Below are positions 10,761 to 21,141 of a stretch of DNA of 64,000 bases, one piece after another; the stretch's first letter is position 1, and every line of letters starts with the position of its first letter. The stretch covers positions 1,715,293 through 1,779,292 of the forward strand of contig NZ_CP147020.1 of the NCBI RefSeq assembly GCF_037126435.1, in the 5' to 3' direction. The stretch is from Bernardetia sp. ABR2-2B. Its GTDB lineage: Bacteria; Bacteroidota; Bacteroidia; Cytophagales; Bernardetiaceae. Under the pieces are notes generated by a model that did no database searches, was not told the DNA's origin, and worked only from the letters and a program-made list of their open reading frames with translations. The position numbers were made by a program, and so were the translations under genes.

Positions 10761-12143
10761 GTGTCTAAAAAAATCCTATCTAAAAATATACCTTTGGTTT
10801 CTGAATTTAATGCTCGCAAACTTTCCCTTGTTGCGAATCGCATTCAGATTTTTTATTTAGACGAAGAAGGGATTATACGAAATACGTGTCAAGCTATTTG
10901 GAAAATTAATCAAGAACAAGATATTATTTTTTTTGAAGTATTTGAAACTTTCAAAGCACACAAAGAAGCTATTGATTTTCTATTTAAGAATGTAAATAAG
11001 GAAGAAAAAAGTCTGTCTATTACTAATCAAGAAATTATTTTTGAAGAAGAAACCTTTTTTGTAGATGCTTTATTTACAATCAAGAAAAGTATAGAAAAAA
11101 ATGCTGTTCCTTATTTAGAATGTTTGCTTGAAGACAAAACTGATTATTATATCTCATTAAAGAATGCAGAAGAAAATAATAAACTAAAAGAAATTGAATT
11201 TTTGAATGAAAAATGGCAACTAACTAAAGATGCCGAACTTTCAGAGGTAACACATCAACAAGAATTAGCTACGCTTGATGAACAGTTGCGAGTAGATTGG
11301 ACAAACTTGTTAGCTAACGACCTAAAAAAAATTACTACTCAAAACTTTATTCAGAATTGTAGTGATACTATTCCAACAAATTTTCGTTACCTAACTGATT
11401 TATCAAATTCATTTGAAAAAATAAGTGGAATTTGTCTTTTCCCTCAAAAAATTGAACCTTTTCTTTCCACTACATTTTCTTATTTGGGAGAAAACATAGT
11501 TCATCAAAAACTAATTCATAACCTAGTAGAACTTGCAGGAGGAAAGTTTGTTGAAAGCACATTACACCAAGATTCAGAATTTGATTTTATCTTTATAGAA
11601 CAAAATTTTATTAAAAAAGAAATAAAAAATAAAAAACAGTCTTGTTTGCTTGTCGAACCTAGTTTTTTGGAAAAAAAACAGCATTTGATAAACAATGAAA
11701 CAAATTTATTAATTTATCCTTTGTATCCTTTTCAGATTTGGCAACAACTACTGTCCTTTACAAACACCAATACTATGAGCTACCACGAAAAAATTGACCT
11801 TTCTCAAATCTATGAAATTGTAGATAATGAGCCAATTCTTGTTCAGAATATGCTTCAAATTTTGGATAAAAACCTAAGAGAATATCCAGCACAGCTTCAA
11901 CAGGAATTTAATAATGGAGAGCTAGATACGCTTCGCCAAACGGTTCATAAATTCAAATCTTGTACGGCTTACACAGGCTTAACACAATTTAATACCACAC
12001 TTTCAGAGATAGAAGCAAGTCAGGAAAACGGCTGGACAATTGCACAGATTAAAGATAAATTAGATTTTGTTTTACAAGCCATTCCTGTTATTAAAGTACA
12101 GGTAGAAGAAAAGTTGAGTGACTTGGAGAAGGAAATTTCTTAG
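10761..12143 (+). CDS. hypothetical protein with C-terminal HPt-like domain
   Basis: C-terminal LRQTVHKFKSCTAYTGLTQ resembles the HPt phosphotransfer helix. GTG start. Confidence 0.4.
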   Translation: MSKKILSKNIPLVSEFNARKLSLVANRIQIFYLDEEGIIRNTCQAIWKINQEQDIIFFEVFETFKAHKEAIDFLFKNVNKEEKSLSITNQEIIFEEETFFVDALFTIKKSIEKNAVPYLECLLEDKTDYYISLKNAEENNKLKEIEFLNEKWQLTKDAELSEVTHQQELATLDEQLRVDWTNLLANDLKKITTQNFIQNCSDTIPTNFRYLTDLSNSFEKISGICLFPQKIEPFLSTTFSYLGENIVHQKLIHNLVELAGGKFVESTLHQDSEFDFIFIEQNFIKKEIKNKKQSCLLVEPSFLEKKQHLINNETNLLIYPLYPFQIWQQLLSFTNTNTMSYHEKIDLSQIYEIVDNEPILVQNMLQILDKNLREYPAQLQQEFNNGELDTLRQTVHKFKSCTAYTGLTQFNTTLSEIEASQENGWTIAQIKDKLDFVLQAIPVIKVQVEEKLSDLEKEIS

Positions 12144-12181
12144 TGTTTTCTAATTATCAGAGAATCTATATCAAAATAATT

Positions 12182-12637
12182 ATGATAGGAAGGTGGACTA
12201 TTTTTCCGTTTATAACACTAATTTTGATTCTATTGCTATTATTTTCTTGTAGTAAATCAATAGAAGATGATGATGAAACGAAGTGTATTTATTCTTTCTC
12301 TAAGGAAGGGGCAATGAGTGTAGGTATTTTTGAAGTAAAAGAAGATAATACTTTCAGATATTGGTTTAGAGGATTTGGAAACTCTAAGAATACAGAAGGA
12401 AGATGGTATTATAGAGGTAATACCATAATTTTGCATAAATACAGAGATAGCACAACTACTTATGGAAAGATTTTTTTGAAGTCTGGTACTATCCCCTATT
12501 TTAGTTTAACAGGAACAGATACTTTGTCTTTAAATGATTCAAACTTGCAAGATGGTTTGAAATATCATAACCCACCAAAAGATACTTTTTACAAAGTGAA
12601 AAGAAAAAAAGCAAATATGAAAATCAAGAAAAAATAG
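12182..12637 (+). CDS. hypothetical lipoprotein
   Basis: Internal ATG gives a signal peptide with lipobox LLLLFSCSK. Confidence 0.4.
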   Translation: MIGRWTIFPFITLILILLLLFSCSKSIEDDDETKCIYSFSKEGAMSVGIFEVKEDNTFRYWFRGFGNSKNTEGRWYYRGNTIILHKYRDSTTTYGKIFLKSGTIPYFSLTGTDTLSLNDSNLQDGLKYHNPPKDTFYKVKRKKANMKIKKK

Positions 12638-12690
12638 AGCAATAAATATTTATCTTATTGTTGTCTCCACCGACGACATACCAACCAATT

Positions 12691-13773
12691 TTAAAAAAAC
12701 GTCTTCTTAAACTCATCACTTATCATCTTAAAAACCCCTCTAAAAGAAGCATAAGCAGTTCCGTCTTTTTTATTCTGTTTACTAATCACTTGAATAATTT
12801 TCATGTGCCAAAAAATATCCTTGTAAGCTTTCAAGATAGGCGTTTTTGGGTCATAAATATGAGCGGGTTCGGAAGCGACACCATTTACTTCCATTATTTT
12901 TATTCCCTTTCCTTGTTTAAAATCCTTTACAGAAGGCACTTTTATATCAAACCTTCCATAATAATAATTCTCTAAAGGATTCATTATTTCATCAAAAGCA
13001 GCTAAGTTTTCTTTTGTGATAAGATTATTTCCATCTAAAAATTTTGTTCCTCTACAATGATTACCGATGTGTTCTAAAACAACCTCTTCATTTGTGGGAA
13101 TTGTTACACTCCATTCTTGAGCAAATTCCTTCTCTAGTCTTTTCTTTTGAAATCTTGCTCTATCAGAATCTTCAATAAGCTGGGCTAATGTTTTCTTTCC
13201 ATCTCCTCTTACAGTCAAAAATTCTTTTTGTACAATAGAAGTGATAGCTGAATCTTTAAAATTTCTTAGTCTAAACTCTTTCTTTACTTTGCTTTTCAAA
13301 TTATTTGGCAATCTGTAATATAGAACGCCTAATTCAATCGGTTCTTTCAGAAATTCTTGAATAATAAAATCAGACTTGTTTTCCTTCGTATATTCATTCA
13401 AATAATCTTGTAACTTTTCGAAAGAATTTATTTTTTCTACTCCTTTTCCACGCTCTCCAACTTCTGGCTTTATAATAAGGGGAAAATCAATTTCTTTTTT
13501 TTGAACTTCTGATTTTACAAACTCAAATTCAGAATCGTATTTGCAGTAAAGTGATTTAGGAAGATACTTTTCATCTAAAAGTTTGAGAATATCCTGTTTG
13601 GGTTGCCCTTTCATACCACTCAAAGGAACAGCAGGATTGACGGACGTAAAATACGCCATCGAACCCGAACGCAACGCTAAATATAAACCGTAAGGTAAAG
13701 TTGGTAAATAGAAAAACCACATAGACCAATATTCAAAATTGGTTAGTTTTATCCACCATAAAGGCTTTTTCAT
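12691..13773 (-). CDS. ATP-grasp domain protein (putative peptide/amino-acid ligase)
   Basis: IIKPEVGERGKGV motif and overall ATP-grasp layout, with a hydrophobic N-terminus. Confidence 0.5.
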   Translation of the reverse strand: MKKPLWWIKLTNFEYWSMWFFYLPTLPYGLYLALRSGSMAYFTSVNPAVPLSGMKGQPKQDILKLLDEKYLPKSLYCKYDSEFEFVKSEVQKKEIDFPLIIKPEVGERGKGVEKINSFEKLQDYLNEYTKENKSDFIIQEFLKEPIELGVLYYRLPNNLKSKVKKEFRLRNFKDSAITSIVQKEFLTVRGDGKKTLAQLIEDSDRARFQKKRLEKEFAQEWSVTIPTNEEVVLEHIGNHCRGTKFLDGNNLITKENLAAFDEIMNPLENYYYGRFDIKVPSVKDFKQGKGIKIMEVNGVASEPAHIYDPKTPILKAYKDIFWHMKIIQVISKQNKKDGTAYASFRGVFKMISDEFKKTFF

Positions 13774-13829
13774 ATCTATACAAACCGTCGTTGAGGCTCA
13801 AAATACAGCCATCGACAAGGATTTTATTT

Positions 13830-14324
13830 TTAATTGGTAATTATTTCTTGATGTTGGAGAGTTGCGTAAGCAACACCAAATTCATCAGCTATCTTAACAT
13901 GTGGAAATTCATTTTTGACAGCAATCTTGATAATTGCAAAATGATGAATGGTATGTTCCAAAACATATAAAAGCTCTCTTTCTACGGTAGAAGCTAACTT
14001 TACTCTATCGTGTGGAAGTGTTGCAAAAAGCTCTAACTCTGTTTTTTTATCTAAATTCAGTAATATATTAGAGACAAAATTTGAAGTTTCTAGTGCTTTT
14101 TCCGTATAATTTTCTAATTCAAGATTTCGTTTTCGTGCATCATAATCTACTGATTTATTTTCTATTCCTGTAATAAGGCAGGTATAAAACTCTAAAATAT
14201 GTCGAACGTGTTTTCCAATTGTATTTTGAGAAATAATTGGCAAGGCAGCAGAATATTCTGTATCTGAAAGTTGAGTAAGAAGTTCGTTGAGCTGCTTCAA
14301 AACAGCTATATTTGAGTGATTCAT
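13830..14324 (-). CDS. DinB/YfiT-like (DinB_2) metal-dependent hydrolase family protein
   Basis: His triad context HVRHILEFY ... LEHTIHHFAI, about 160 aa. Confidence 0.6.
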   Translation of the reverse strand: MNHSNIAVLKQLNELLTQLSDTEYSAALPIISQNTIGKHVRHILEFYTCLITGIENKSVDYDARKRNLELENYTEKALETSNFVSNILLNLDKKTELELFATLPHDRVKLASTVERELLYVLEHTIHHFAIIKIAVKNEFPHVKIADEFGVAYATLQHQEIITN

Positions 14325-14591
14325 AAAAGATTTTTTTGAGTAAAAGCGTCGTTTTAATATCGTTTCCTAAATGTTTGTGTGATTCCTAAAAATTATACAG
14401 AAAGATAGTATAAACTGTGAGAAACCCTCTTCAAGCTCATTGATACAATCAAATCATTTGAAAAGGGTAATTGTATTTTTGTAAAAATACGGAATCTATA
14501 ATAATTAATCGTGTTTTGCTCCCAAATCTACTAAAAATAGTATGCTAAACGAGCAAGTTCATAGAATAGATGATAGTTTGATCTATCAAGA

Positions 14592-15164
14592 TTAATTTTT
14601 TACTTCTAAATCGATATATACTTTTACATCATCGGAAAGAATCCAGCTAGAACCTCCAACACCATAATCTCTTCTGTCTATTTCAAATGAGCCTTTTAGT
14701 TTGTAGCCTGTGGTTGTTTTGTCATAAGAAAAAGGAAATGAAACTGCTTTTGTTTTTCCTTTTAAAGTAAGATTAAAAGTGGCTTTATACTTTCCATCAC
14801 TCACTTTTTCTATTTTTGTCGATTTCATTGAAATTTTTGGGTGTTTTTCTACTCCAAAATATTCCTCTTCTCTCAAATGATTGTCTCTCGTATTATTATC
14901 TGTATCAACTGTTTTAGATTCAACACTTACGTCAAATTTGCTACTTGCAAGGTCGTCAGGATTAAAATCTACTGTTCCTTGAAAGCCTTTAAAACTTCCA
15001 TCAACGCCAATTCCTGCATTTTTGATTTTGAAAGTAACAGAAGAAATAATAGTTTGCTTTACTTCTGTATTGTTTGTTGTTTCTTTATAAGAAGAAGAGT
15101 TTGAAAATGTAAATCCGAACATGAAAAGAAGGATAATAGGGAGAAATAAAAAATGATTTTTCAT
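14592..15164 (-). CDS. YceI family protein
   Basis: Signal peptide plus a YceI-like beta-barrel pattern (VDGSFKGFQGTVDFNPDD ... HLREEEYFGVEKHPKI). Confidence 0.7.
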   Translation of the reverse strand: MKNHFLFLPIILLFMFGFTFSNSSSYKETTNNTEVKQTIISSVTFKIKNAGIGVDGSFKGFQGTVDFNPDDLASSKFDVSVESKTVDTDNNTRDNHLREEEYFGVEKHPKISMKSTKIEKVSDGKYKATFNLTLKGKTKAVSFPFSYDKTTTGYKLKGSFEIDRRDYGVGGSSWILSDDVKVYIDLEVKN

Positions 15165-15455
15165 AAATAATCTGAATTAAACTAAAAAAATGATTAAAAG
15201 TATTGTTTTGAATTATTTGAATTATCTAAAAAGCAAATGTTAGTTTGCCTTTTACATTCCCCTTATTAATTTTTGATAAACAAAATACCATTATTGTACC
15301 CAAAATACAACTTTAGCTTTATTTTTTAATAAAAACTCTTAAAAGATAGGTTTTTATTAAAAATAGATTTTCCAAAAAAAATTATAAATTGGTCTTGTGT
15401 AGTTTTAAATATACTATTTTTGTTAGATTAAAATATAAATTCAAAATCAATAATT

Positions 15456-15809
15456 ATGGCAAGAGATAAAAAAAAGAAAAAAAGAATTTCAACAGATGGA
15501 AGTGGTGGTGGAATGGTATTTTCTACTAATCCAGATTTTGAGTTTCAAGAAGAACAAGAAATCGAAACGCTTCCCAATGAAGAGCAAAGACTTAAAGTAA
15601 GTCTAGACCGTAAACACCGAAAAGGTAAAAGCGTTGTTTTGATAGAAAACTTTGAAGGAAAAGAAGAAGATTTGAAATCTTTAGCAAAAGAAATCAAAAA
15701 TCATTGTGGCGTTGGTGGTTCTGCTAAAGATGGAGAAATAGTTATTCAAGGCGAATTATTAGACAAAGTAAAATCCTTCCTCAAAGAGAAAGGATTTAAA
15801 GGAATGTAA
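15456..15809 (+). CDS. yciH: translation initiation factor SUI1/YciH family
   Basis: 117 aa, C-terminal SUI1 fold motifs KGKSVVLIENF ... HCGVGGSAKDGEIVIQG. Confidence 0.8.
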   Translation: MARDKKKKKRISTDGSGGGMVFSTNPDFEFQEEQEIETLPNEEQRLKVSLDRKHRKGKSVVLIENFEGKEEDLKSLAKEIKNHCGVGGSAKDGEIVIQGELLDKVKSFLKEKGFKGM

Positions 15810-15810
15810 A

Positions 15811-15862
15811 ACAGACATCCTTGTCTGTTTATAATTTTTGGCACAGACAGGGATGTCTGTGC
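15811..15862. terminator. twin hairpins between convergent genes (bidirectional terminator)
   Basis: acagacaTCCTtgtctgt followed by a T-run, then gcacagacaGGGAtgtctgtgc; the two arms can also pair with each other. Confidence 0.55.
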
Positions 15863-15870
15863 TACTTTAC

Positions 15871-17433
15871 TTATATATCAAACTTGATTCCTTGAGCTAA
15901 AGGAAGTTCTGTTCCATAATTAATGGTATTTGTCTGACGGCGCATATATACTTTCCAAGCATCAGAACCTGATTCACGTCCTCCACCTGTATCTTTTTCG
16001 CCACCAAAAGCACCACCAATTTCTGCACCTGATGTTCCGATATTTACGTTAGCGATTCCACAATCAGAACCCCAATGTGCTAAAAATCCTTCTGCCTCAA
16101 GCATATTTTTAGTAAAAATAGCAGAAGAAAGTCCTTGACGAACATCATTTTGCATAGCAACTGCATTTTCTACATCGCCAGAATATTTCAATAAATATAA
16201 AATTGGTGCAAACGTTTCTTCCTGTACCATTTTGTATTCATTTTTGGCTTCTACGATTGCAGGTTTTACATACGTTCCAGAAGAATATTTTTCGCCTTCC
16301 AAAACCTCGCCACCACAGATAAGTTTTCCACCTTCTGCTTGAACTTCTTTAAGTGCATTCTCAAAACCTTTAACAGCATCTTTGTCGATAAGTGGTCCTA
16401 CTAAAGTGTCTTTATCTAATGGATTTCCGATAGGAAGGTTTTTGTAAGCATTAATCAAACGTTCCTTAATCGTATCATAAACAGAATCATGCAAAATCAA
16501 ACGACGAGTAGAGGTACAACGCTGTCCACACGTTCCGACAGAACCAAAAATGATAGCACGAATTGCCATTTCTAAATCGGCTTCTGGCGTAACAATAATT
16601 GCATTGTTTCCACCTAACTCCAATAAAGAACGACCCAAACGCTGTCCTACTGTTGCACCAACTGATTTACCCATACGAGTAGAACCTGTTGCAGAAACCA
16701 AAGGCAAACGCTCATCTTCTGCCATTGCCTTTCCGATAGTTGCATCTCCAATAATTACAGAGAAAATACCTTCTGGAACATCGTTTTCTTTCAAAACATC
16801 TGTAATGATATTCTGACAAGCCAAAGCCGTAAAAGGAGTTTTTTCAGATGGTTTCCACACAGAAGCATCACCACAAGTAGCAGCCAACATCGAATTCCAA
16901 GCCCAAACAGCTACTGGAAAATTAAATGCTGAAATAATTCCAACTACACCAAGTGGGTGATATTGGTCATACATACGGTGTTTTGGACGCTCAGAGTGCA
17001 TTGTGAAGCCGTGAAGTTGGCGAGAAAGTCCAACAGCAAAATCACAAATATCAATCATTTCTTGAACCTCGCCCAAGCCTTCTTGATAAATTTTACCCAT
17101 TTCGTAGCTTACCAATTTACCTAAATTATCTTTGTGCTTACGAAGAGCCTCACCTATTTGACGAACAATTTCTCCACGTTGAGGAGCAGGAAGAGTACGC
17201 CATTTTTTGAATCCTTCTTGCGCCGTTTTAATTACTGTATCGTAATCTTCTTTTGTTGCCATATCTACTGATGCGATAAGTTTTCCATCAGCAGGAGAAT
17301 ATATTTTTCTAGTTTCTCTATTTGAGCCAGTAGAAGCCCATTTTAAGCCTGTCGAATAACAAGTATTATGTTCTTTTATTCCTAATTCGTTCAATACATT
17401 TTGTATTGCCGAGGTTTCTGTCATTGTTGCCAT
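15871..17433 (-). CDS. aldehyde dehydrogenase family 7 (alpha-aminoadipic semialdehyde / piperideine-6-carboxylate dehydrogenase)
   Basis: High similarity to ALDH7A1/AmaB: PAPQRGEIVRQIG, EVQEMIDICDFAVGLSRQLHG, catalytic Cys region GQRCTSTRR, 520 aa. Confidence 0.85.
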   Translation of the reverse strand: MATMTETSAIQNVLNELGIKEHNTCYSTGLKWASTGSNRETRKIYSPADGKLIASVDMATKEDYDTVIKTAQEGFKKWRTLPAPQRGEIVRQIGEALRKHKDNLGKLVSYEMGKIYQEGLGEVQEMIDICDFAVGLSRQLHGFTMHSERPKHRMYDQYHPLGVVGIISAFNFPVAVWAWNSMLAATCGDASVWKPSEKTPFTALACQNIITDVLKENDVPEGIFSVIIGDATIGKAMAEDERLPLVSATGSTRMGKSVGATVGQRLGRSLLELGGNNAIIVTPEADLEMAIRAIIFGSVGTCGQRCTSTRRLILHDSVYDTIKERLINAYKNLPIGNPLDKDTLVGPLIDKDAVKGFENALKEVQAEGGKLICGGEVLEGEKYSSGTYVKPAIVEAKNEYKMVQEETFAPILYLLKYSGDVENAVAMQNDVRQGLSSAIFTKNMLEAEGFLAHWGSDCGIANVNIGTSGAEIGGAFGGEKDTGGGRESGSDAWKVYMRRQTNTINYGTELPLAQGIKFDI

Positions 17434-17471
17434 AGTGTGTGTTTATTATTTGATTAATTCTAACTTTCTAC

Positions 17472-17520
17472 AAAGAAACAAAAACCATTTTTGATTTAGA
17501 AATTACAGCTCACTTTCTGT
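17472..17520. repeat. copy 1 of a roughly 50-bp duplicated 3'-end element
   Basis: aaagaaacaaaaaccatttttgatttagaaatt plus a similar tail; 33 nt identical to 18097-18129; overlaps the stop of 17503..18060. Confidence 0.8.
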
Positions 17521-18060
17521 CAAAACATTATATTTTCTCATCGTCATTTCATCAAAAAAAACACTAACATGGTCAGCCATATAGGGAGTTATATTCTCAC
17601 TTATCTCAACAGCCGAGACCCAAATACTTTTATTATTTTCAAATTGTAATTTGATAGTTTCAGGATAATGTTTTTTATCTCCATTAATAGAACAATTAAC
17701 CCAAATACTTTCTATTGAAATAATTTTTTGTCCTAATAACTCTTTCCATTTTGAATTTGTAATGAGGTGCTTTTTGATGTTGCTGTTTTTAGCAAATTCT
17801 TGTTCAATTTTACCTTTTACAAACTTTAAATCATACTGAATAAAAACTTTATCCCATATAAAATAATAGGTTTGACTATCATTTGTCTTAATTTCAAGAC
17901 CATAATCTAAAGAATGATGATCGACTTTATTCCAATATGGATTGTTACAATCGATTTCATAGCCAATTTCATAATAATTGACAGACATAATTGATTTTCC
18001 AATTAACTCCTTAATAGGATTTTCATAATGCTCTATTTGAAGTGGTAATACTTTTGTCAT
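17503..18060 (-). CDS. hypothetical protein
   Basis: 185-aa ORF with an ATG start. Confidence 0.45.
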   Translation of the reverse strand: MTKVLPLQIEHYENPIKELIGKSIMSVNYYEIGYEIDCNNPYWNKVDHHSLDYGLEIKTNDSQTYYFIWDKVFIQYDLKFVKGKIEQEFAKNSNIKKHLITNSKWKELLGQKIISIESIWVNCSINGDKKHYPETIKLQFENNKSIWVSAVEISENITPYMADHVSVFFDEMTMRKYNVLTESEL

Positions 18061-18096
18061 CTTATTTCAAATTTTGATAAAAAATACTGTATCAAG

Positions 18097-18149
18097 TAAA
18101 GAAACAAAAACCATTTTTGATTTAGAAATTTCACTTTTCTTTCTGTTCC
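18097..18149. repeat. copy 2 of the duplicated 3'-end element
   Basis: Same sequence, overlapping the stop of 18131..19711. Confidence 0.8.
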
Positions 18150-19711
18150 AATAAAAACAAAGGACGAATACGAGAAGGATTATAATTATGATTTGTCATT
18201 CGTTCTATCAATAATGTATCATTTTCGTTTTTAGCAGACACAATCATTTTTCGATAATCTATTTCTTTGAGCAAAAAATAATTTAAACCCAAACGTTTTA
18301 CTTTATTTTCATTTTTCAAATCATTTCCCAAGTTATCTTTCAAATAATACTCAAATTCTTCTTTTCTGATATGTGTAGCCAAACGATACAAATTTTCATC
18401 TGAAATCTCCTCTTTTAATGCAGGTTCTGGCAGCCAAGGCAAAGCATCAATTTTAGTTCTGAAAGTAAAATATTCAGCAAACGATTTGTGTAAAATCAAT
18501 AATTTAACTTTTGATTCTAATCTATTACTTTGTTTTTCAAAATTATCTGTTATAACTTTATAGGTTTGATTTGTTGGGTCGTGAAGAGTTGGGGTATAAG
18601 ATTGTGAAGAGAAGAACGAAAAGATAATCAAAAATAAAGTAGCACAGACTTCCAGTCTGTGAAGAAAAATAGTAGTATAATTTAATTTATTAAACAGGCA
18701 AGATGCTTGTTCTACCAAAATAGGAATTATAAGCAACCACAAAACACCAAAAAGCATAAAAAAACGAAAACTAACTCCTTCTAAATCCCATTTGAAGACA
18801 GGCAAAAGAAGTAACGAAAGTGTAATTACAGTTACTTTGTGAAATAGAGTTATTTTATTTTTATCAAAAAGAAGTATGACTAAAGAAAAAAGCACTACAA
18901 AGAATGAAATTATAATTTCAGTTCTCCAAAAAATAGAAATTCGTTCATTTCCAAAACTCTCCCAAAAATGATAAGGCACAAATGAAAATCCACCCAAAGC
19001 ATCGTGTATTCTTCTCCATTGCGACCAATATTCTGTCAAATCAACTTTCAAAAAACTTATCAGAATCAAACCACAAATTCCTACAAAAATCAGTTTTAAT
19101 TGATTTACTTTCGCAAAAAAATAAATACAAATCCAAAGAAGAGCAATAAAAAAAGTGAGTTTGTGAGAAAAATAATTAAGGATTAAGATAAGAATTAAAA
19201 TTGTAACTTGATAAATTAGATTACTTCGCTTTGATGAAAATTCTTTAGGAAAAACTAGCCAAAACAAAATTAAACTAACAACTCCCAACATATTTTTAGG
19301 ATATTGAGATACAAAATAGGTCAGATGAGGACTACATAAAATTAAAACTCCTATAAGAAGAGCTATTTTTTTTGTAGAATACTTTTTTGTTAGAACAATT
19401 AGTAGAAACGTAAAAATACCCACTAACAAAGAGATGCCAATTTTATAAGAAATGACATAATCTTGAAAAATGAAATAAAAGAAAGTTAGAAAGTGGTAAA
19501 TAATAGAAGCGTCGCCAGTATGAGCTTTTCCTGTTTCGAATAAAGATTGCATTTGCACCAAATAAAAATAACCATCCCAACCATTGGCAAAGTCAGTTTG
19601 AAAAAGTGCATACCCTCTCAAAAATGAACTTAATAAACTAATTAAGAGAATTGAAAGCAGGAAGTATAGATTTTTATGATTTTGATAATTTCTGTAAAAA
19701 GTAGATTTCAT
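18131..19711 (-). CDS. polytopic membrane protein (possible PMT/ArnT-like glycosyltransferase)
   Basis: At least 12 predicted hydrophobic helices, 526 aa. No catalytic motif was confidently recognised. Confidence 0.45.
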   Translation of the reverse strand: MKSTFYRNYQNHKNLYFLLSILLISLLSSFLRGYALFQTDFANGWDGYFYLVQMQSLFETGKAHTGDASIIYHFLTFFYFIFQDYVISYKIGISLLVGIFTFLLIVLTKKYSTKKIALLIGVLILCSPHLTYFVSQYPKNMLGVVSLILFWLVFPKEFSSKRSNLIYQVTILILILILNYFSHKLTFFIALLWICIYFFAKVNQLKLIFVGICGLILISFLKVDLTEYWSQWRRIHDALGGFSFVPYHFWESFGNERISIFWRTEIIISFFVVLFSLVILLFDKNKITLFHKVTVITLSLLLLPVFKWDLEGVSFRFFMLFGVLWLLIIPILVEQASCLFNKLNYTTIFLHRLEVCATLFLIIFSFFSSQSYTPTLHDPTNQTYKVITDNFEKQSNRLESKVKLLILHKSFAEYFTFRTKIDALPWLPEPALKEEISDENLYRLATHIRKEEFEYYLKDNLGNDLKNENKVKRLGLNYFLLKEIDYRKMIVSAKNENDTLLIERMTNHNYNPSRIRPLFLLEQKEK

Positions 19712-19942
19712 TAATTAATTTTAGATGGTGTTTGACAAAGCTATGAGTATTTTAAGATTACTAATAATATTGTTGAATCAAAAAGACTGCTCAACCTGCT
19801 GTTATTTGGTGTTTTAGCAAAGCAACACCAACAACCGAATATCCTAAAAAACCTTTTTTGAGATTTTTTATAAGTCATTTATTGAGTAAGTTGAATAAAG
19901 TTAGCAACTTGTTTGTATTTTTGATAAAACACAAAAAAAATT

Positions 19943-20863
19943 ATGCAAGAATTAGATATACAAGCCATTCGCCAGTTCGGAAATATAGAGTTTTTGGCTC
20001 GTCAGGTAGTAGAAGGATTTATTTCAGGACTTCACAAATCGCCTTATCACGGTTTTTCAGTAGAATTTGCCGAACACCGTCTTTATAATACAGGAGAAAG
20101 CACTCGTCATATTGATTGGAAAGTCTATGCACGAACCGACAAACTTTTTGTAAAACGCTACGAAGAAGAGACTAATTTGAGGGCGCAACTTTTGATTGAT
20201 GTTTCGCCTTCTATGTATTACCCTAGAGAAGGACAGTATGAAAATGGCAAAATTACTTTTTCTATTATGGCTGCTGCCTCTATCGCTTATATGCTTCAAA
20301 AACAGCGTGATGCTATTGGTGCAACCACTTTTTCGGATAAACTAGAACTTCAAACGCCTATAAAAGCGACCTCAAAACATATTCATACACTTTTTTTAGA
20401 GTTCCAAAGGTTATTAAATGTACCAGCTCCAAACAATAAAAAAACATCTACTGCAAAGGTTTTGCACGAAATAGCTGAGCGATTACACAAACGTTCTTTG
20501 GTTATTATTTTTAGTGATATGTTGGATAATATGAATGAAACAGATGAGCTTTTTGCAGCTCTTCAACACCTCAAGCATCGTCATCATGAGGTTTTGTTGT
20601 TTCATGTGAAAGACTCAAAAACAGAAACTGAGTTTGACTTTGAAGACCGTCCGTATATTTTTACAGACGTAGAAACAGGCGAAAAAATAAAACTTCAACC
20701 TGCTCAAGTTAGAGAATATTATCGTGAGCAAACTAAAGCAAAAGAACAGGCTCTAAAACTCAAAAGTGGACAGTATAAAATCGATTTTGTGGAGGTAGAT
20801 ATTCGTCAACCAATGAACAAAGTTTTGTTGCCTTATCTGATAAAACGAGCGAAAATGAAATAG
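19943..20863 (+). CDS. DUF58 (vWA-like) domain protein
   Basis: HKSPYHGFSVEFAEHRLYNTGESTRHIDWKVYARTDKLFVKRY is the DUF58 signature. Confidence 0.7.
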   Translation: MQELDIQAIRQFGNIEFLARQVVEGFISGLHKSPYHGFSVEFAEHRLYNTGESTRHIDWKVYARTDKLFVKRYEEETNLRAQLLIDVSPSMYYPREGQYENGKITFSIMAAASIAYMLQKQRDAIGATTFSDKLELQTPIKATSKHIHTLFLEFQRLLNVPAPNNKKTSTAKVLHEIAERLHKRSLVIIFSDMLDNMNETDELFAALQHLKHRHHEVLLFHVKDSKTETEFDFEDRPYIFTDVETGEKIKLQPAQVREYYREQTKAKEQALKLKSGQYKIDFVEVDIRQPMNKVLLPYLIKRAKMK

Positions 20864-21141
20864 AAAATTATTAAACCAGTTGAGTTAATTTTTAATTTAA
20901 AATTAGCTGTTCAGTTGCTGTTTTCTTGATTTACTTTCTTGCAAAACGCTTATACGAGAGAATGAAATAAAAAGTTTTGAAATAAAAGCTACTTTTTTTA
21001 GAAAAATTGATTATTTCGCTTAGTTTTTGTTATCTGAATGATTTAAAGGCTATCTTGTCGACTAATTCTACTTTTCACAGTTAGTTAAATAGCATTAGCA
21101 GTATTCCAAAATTATTTCATTCTAGTTGCATTCTTAGCACA

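Noticed and set aside
12658-12975. 105-aa + strand ORF
   Set aside because: Overlapped by the ATP-grasp gene on the opposite strand; AT-rich junk translation
19858-20088. 76-aa ORF overlapping the DUF58 gene start
   Set aside because: Out-of-frame overlap with a conserved DUF58 N-terminus
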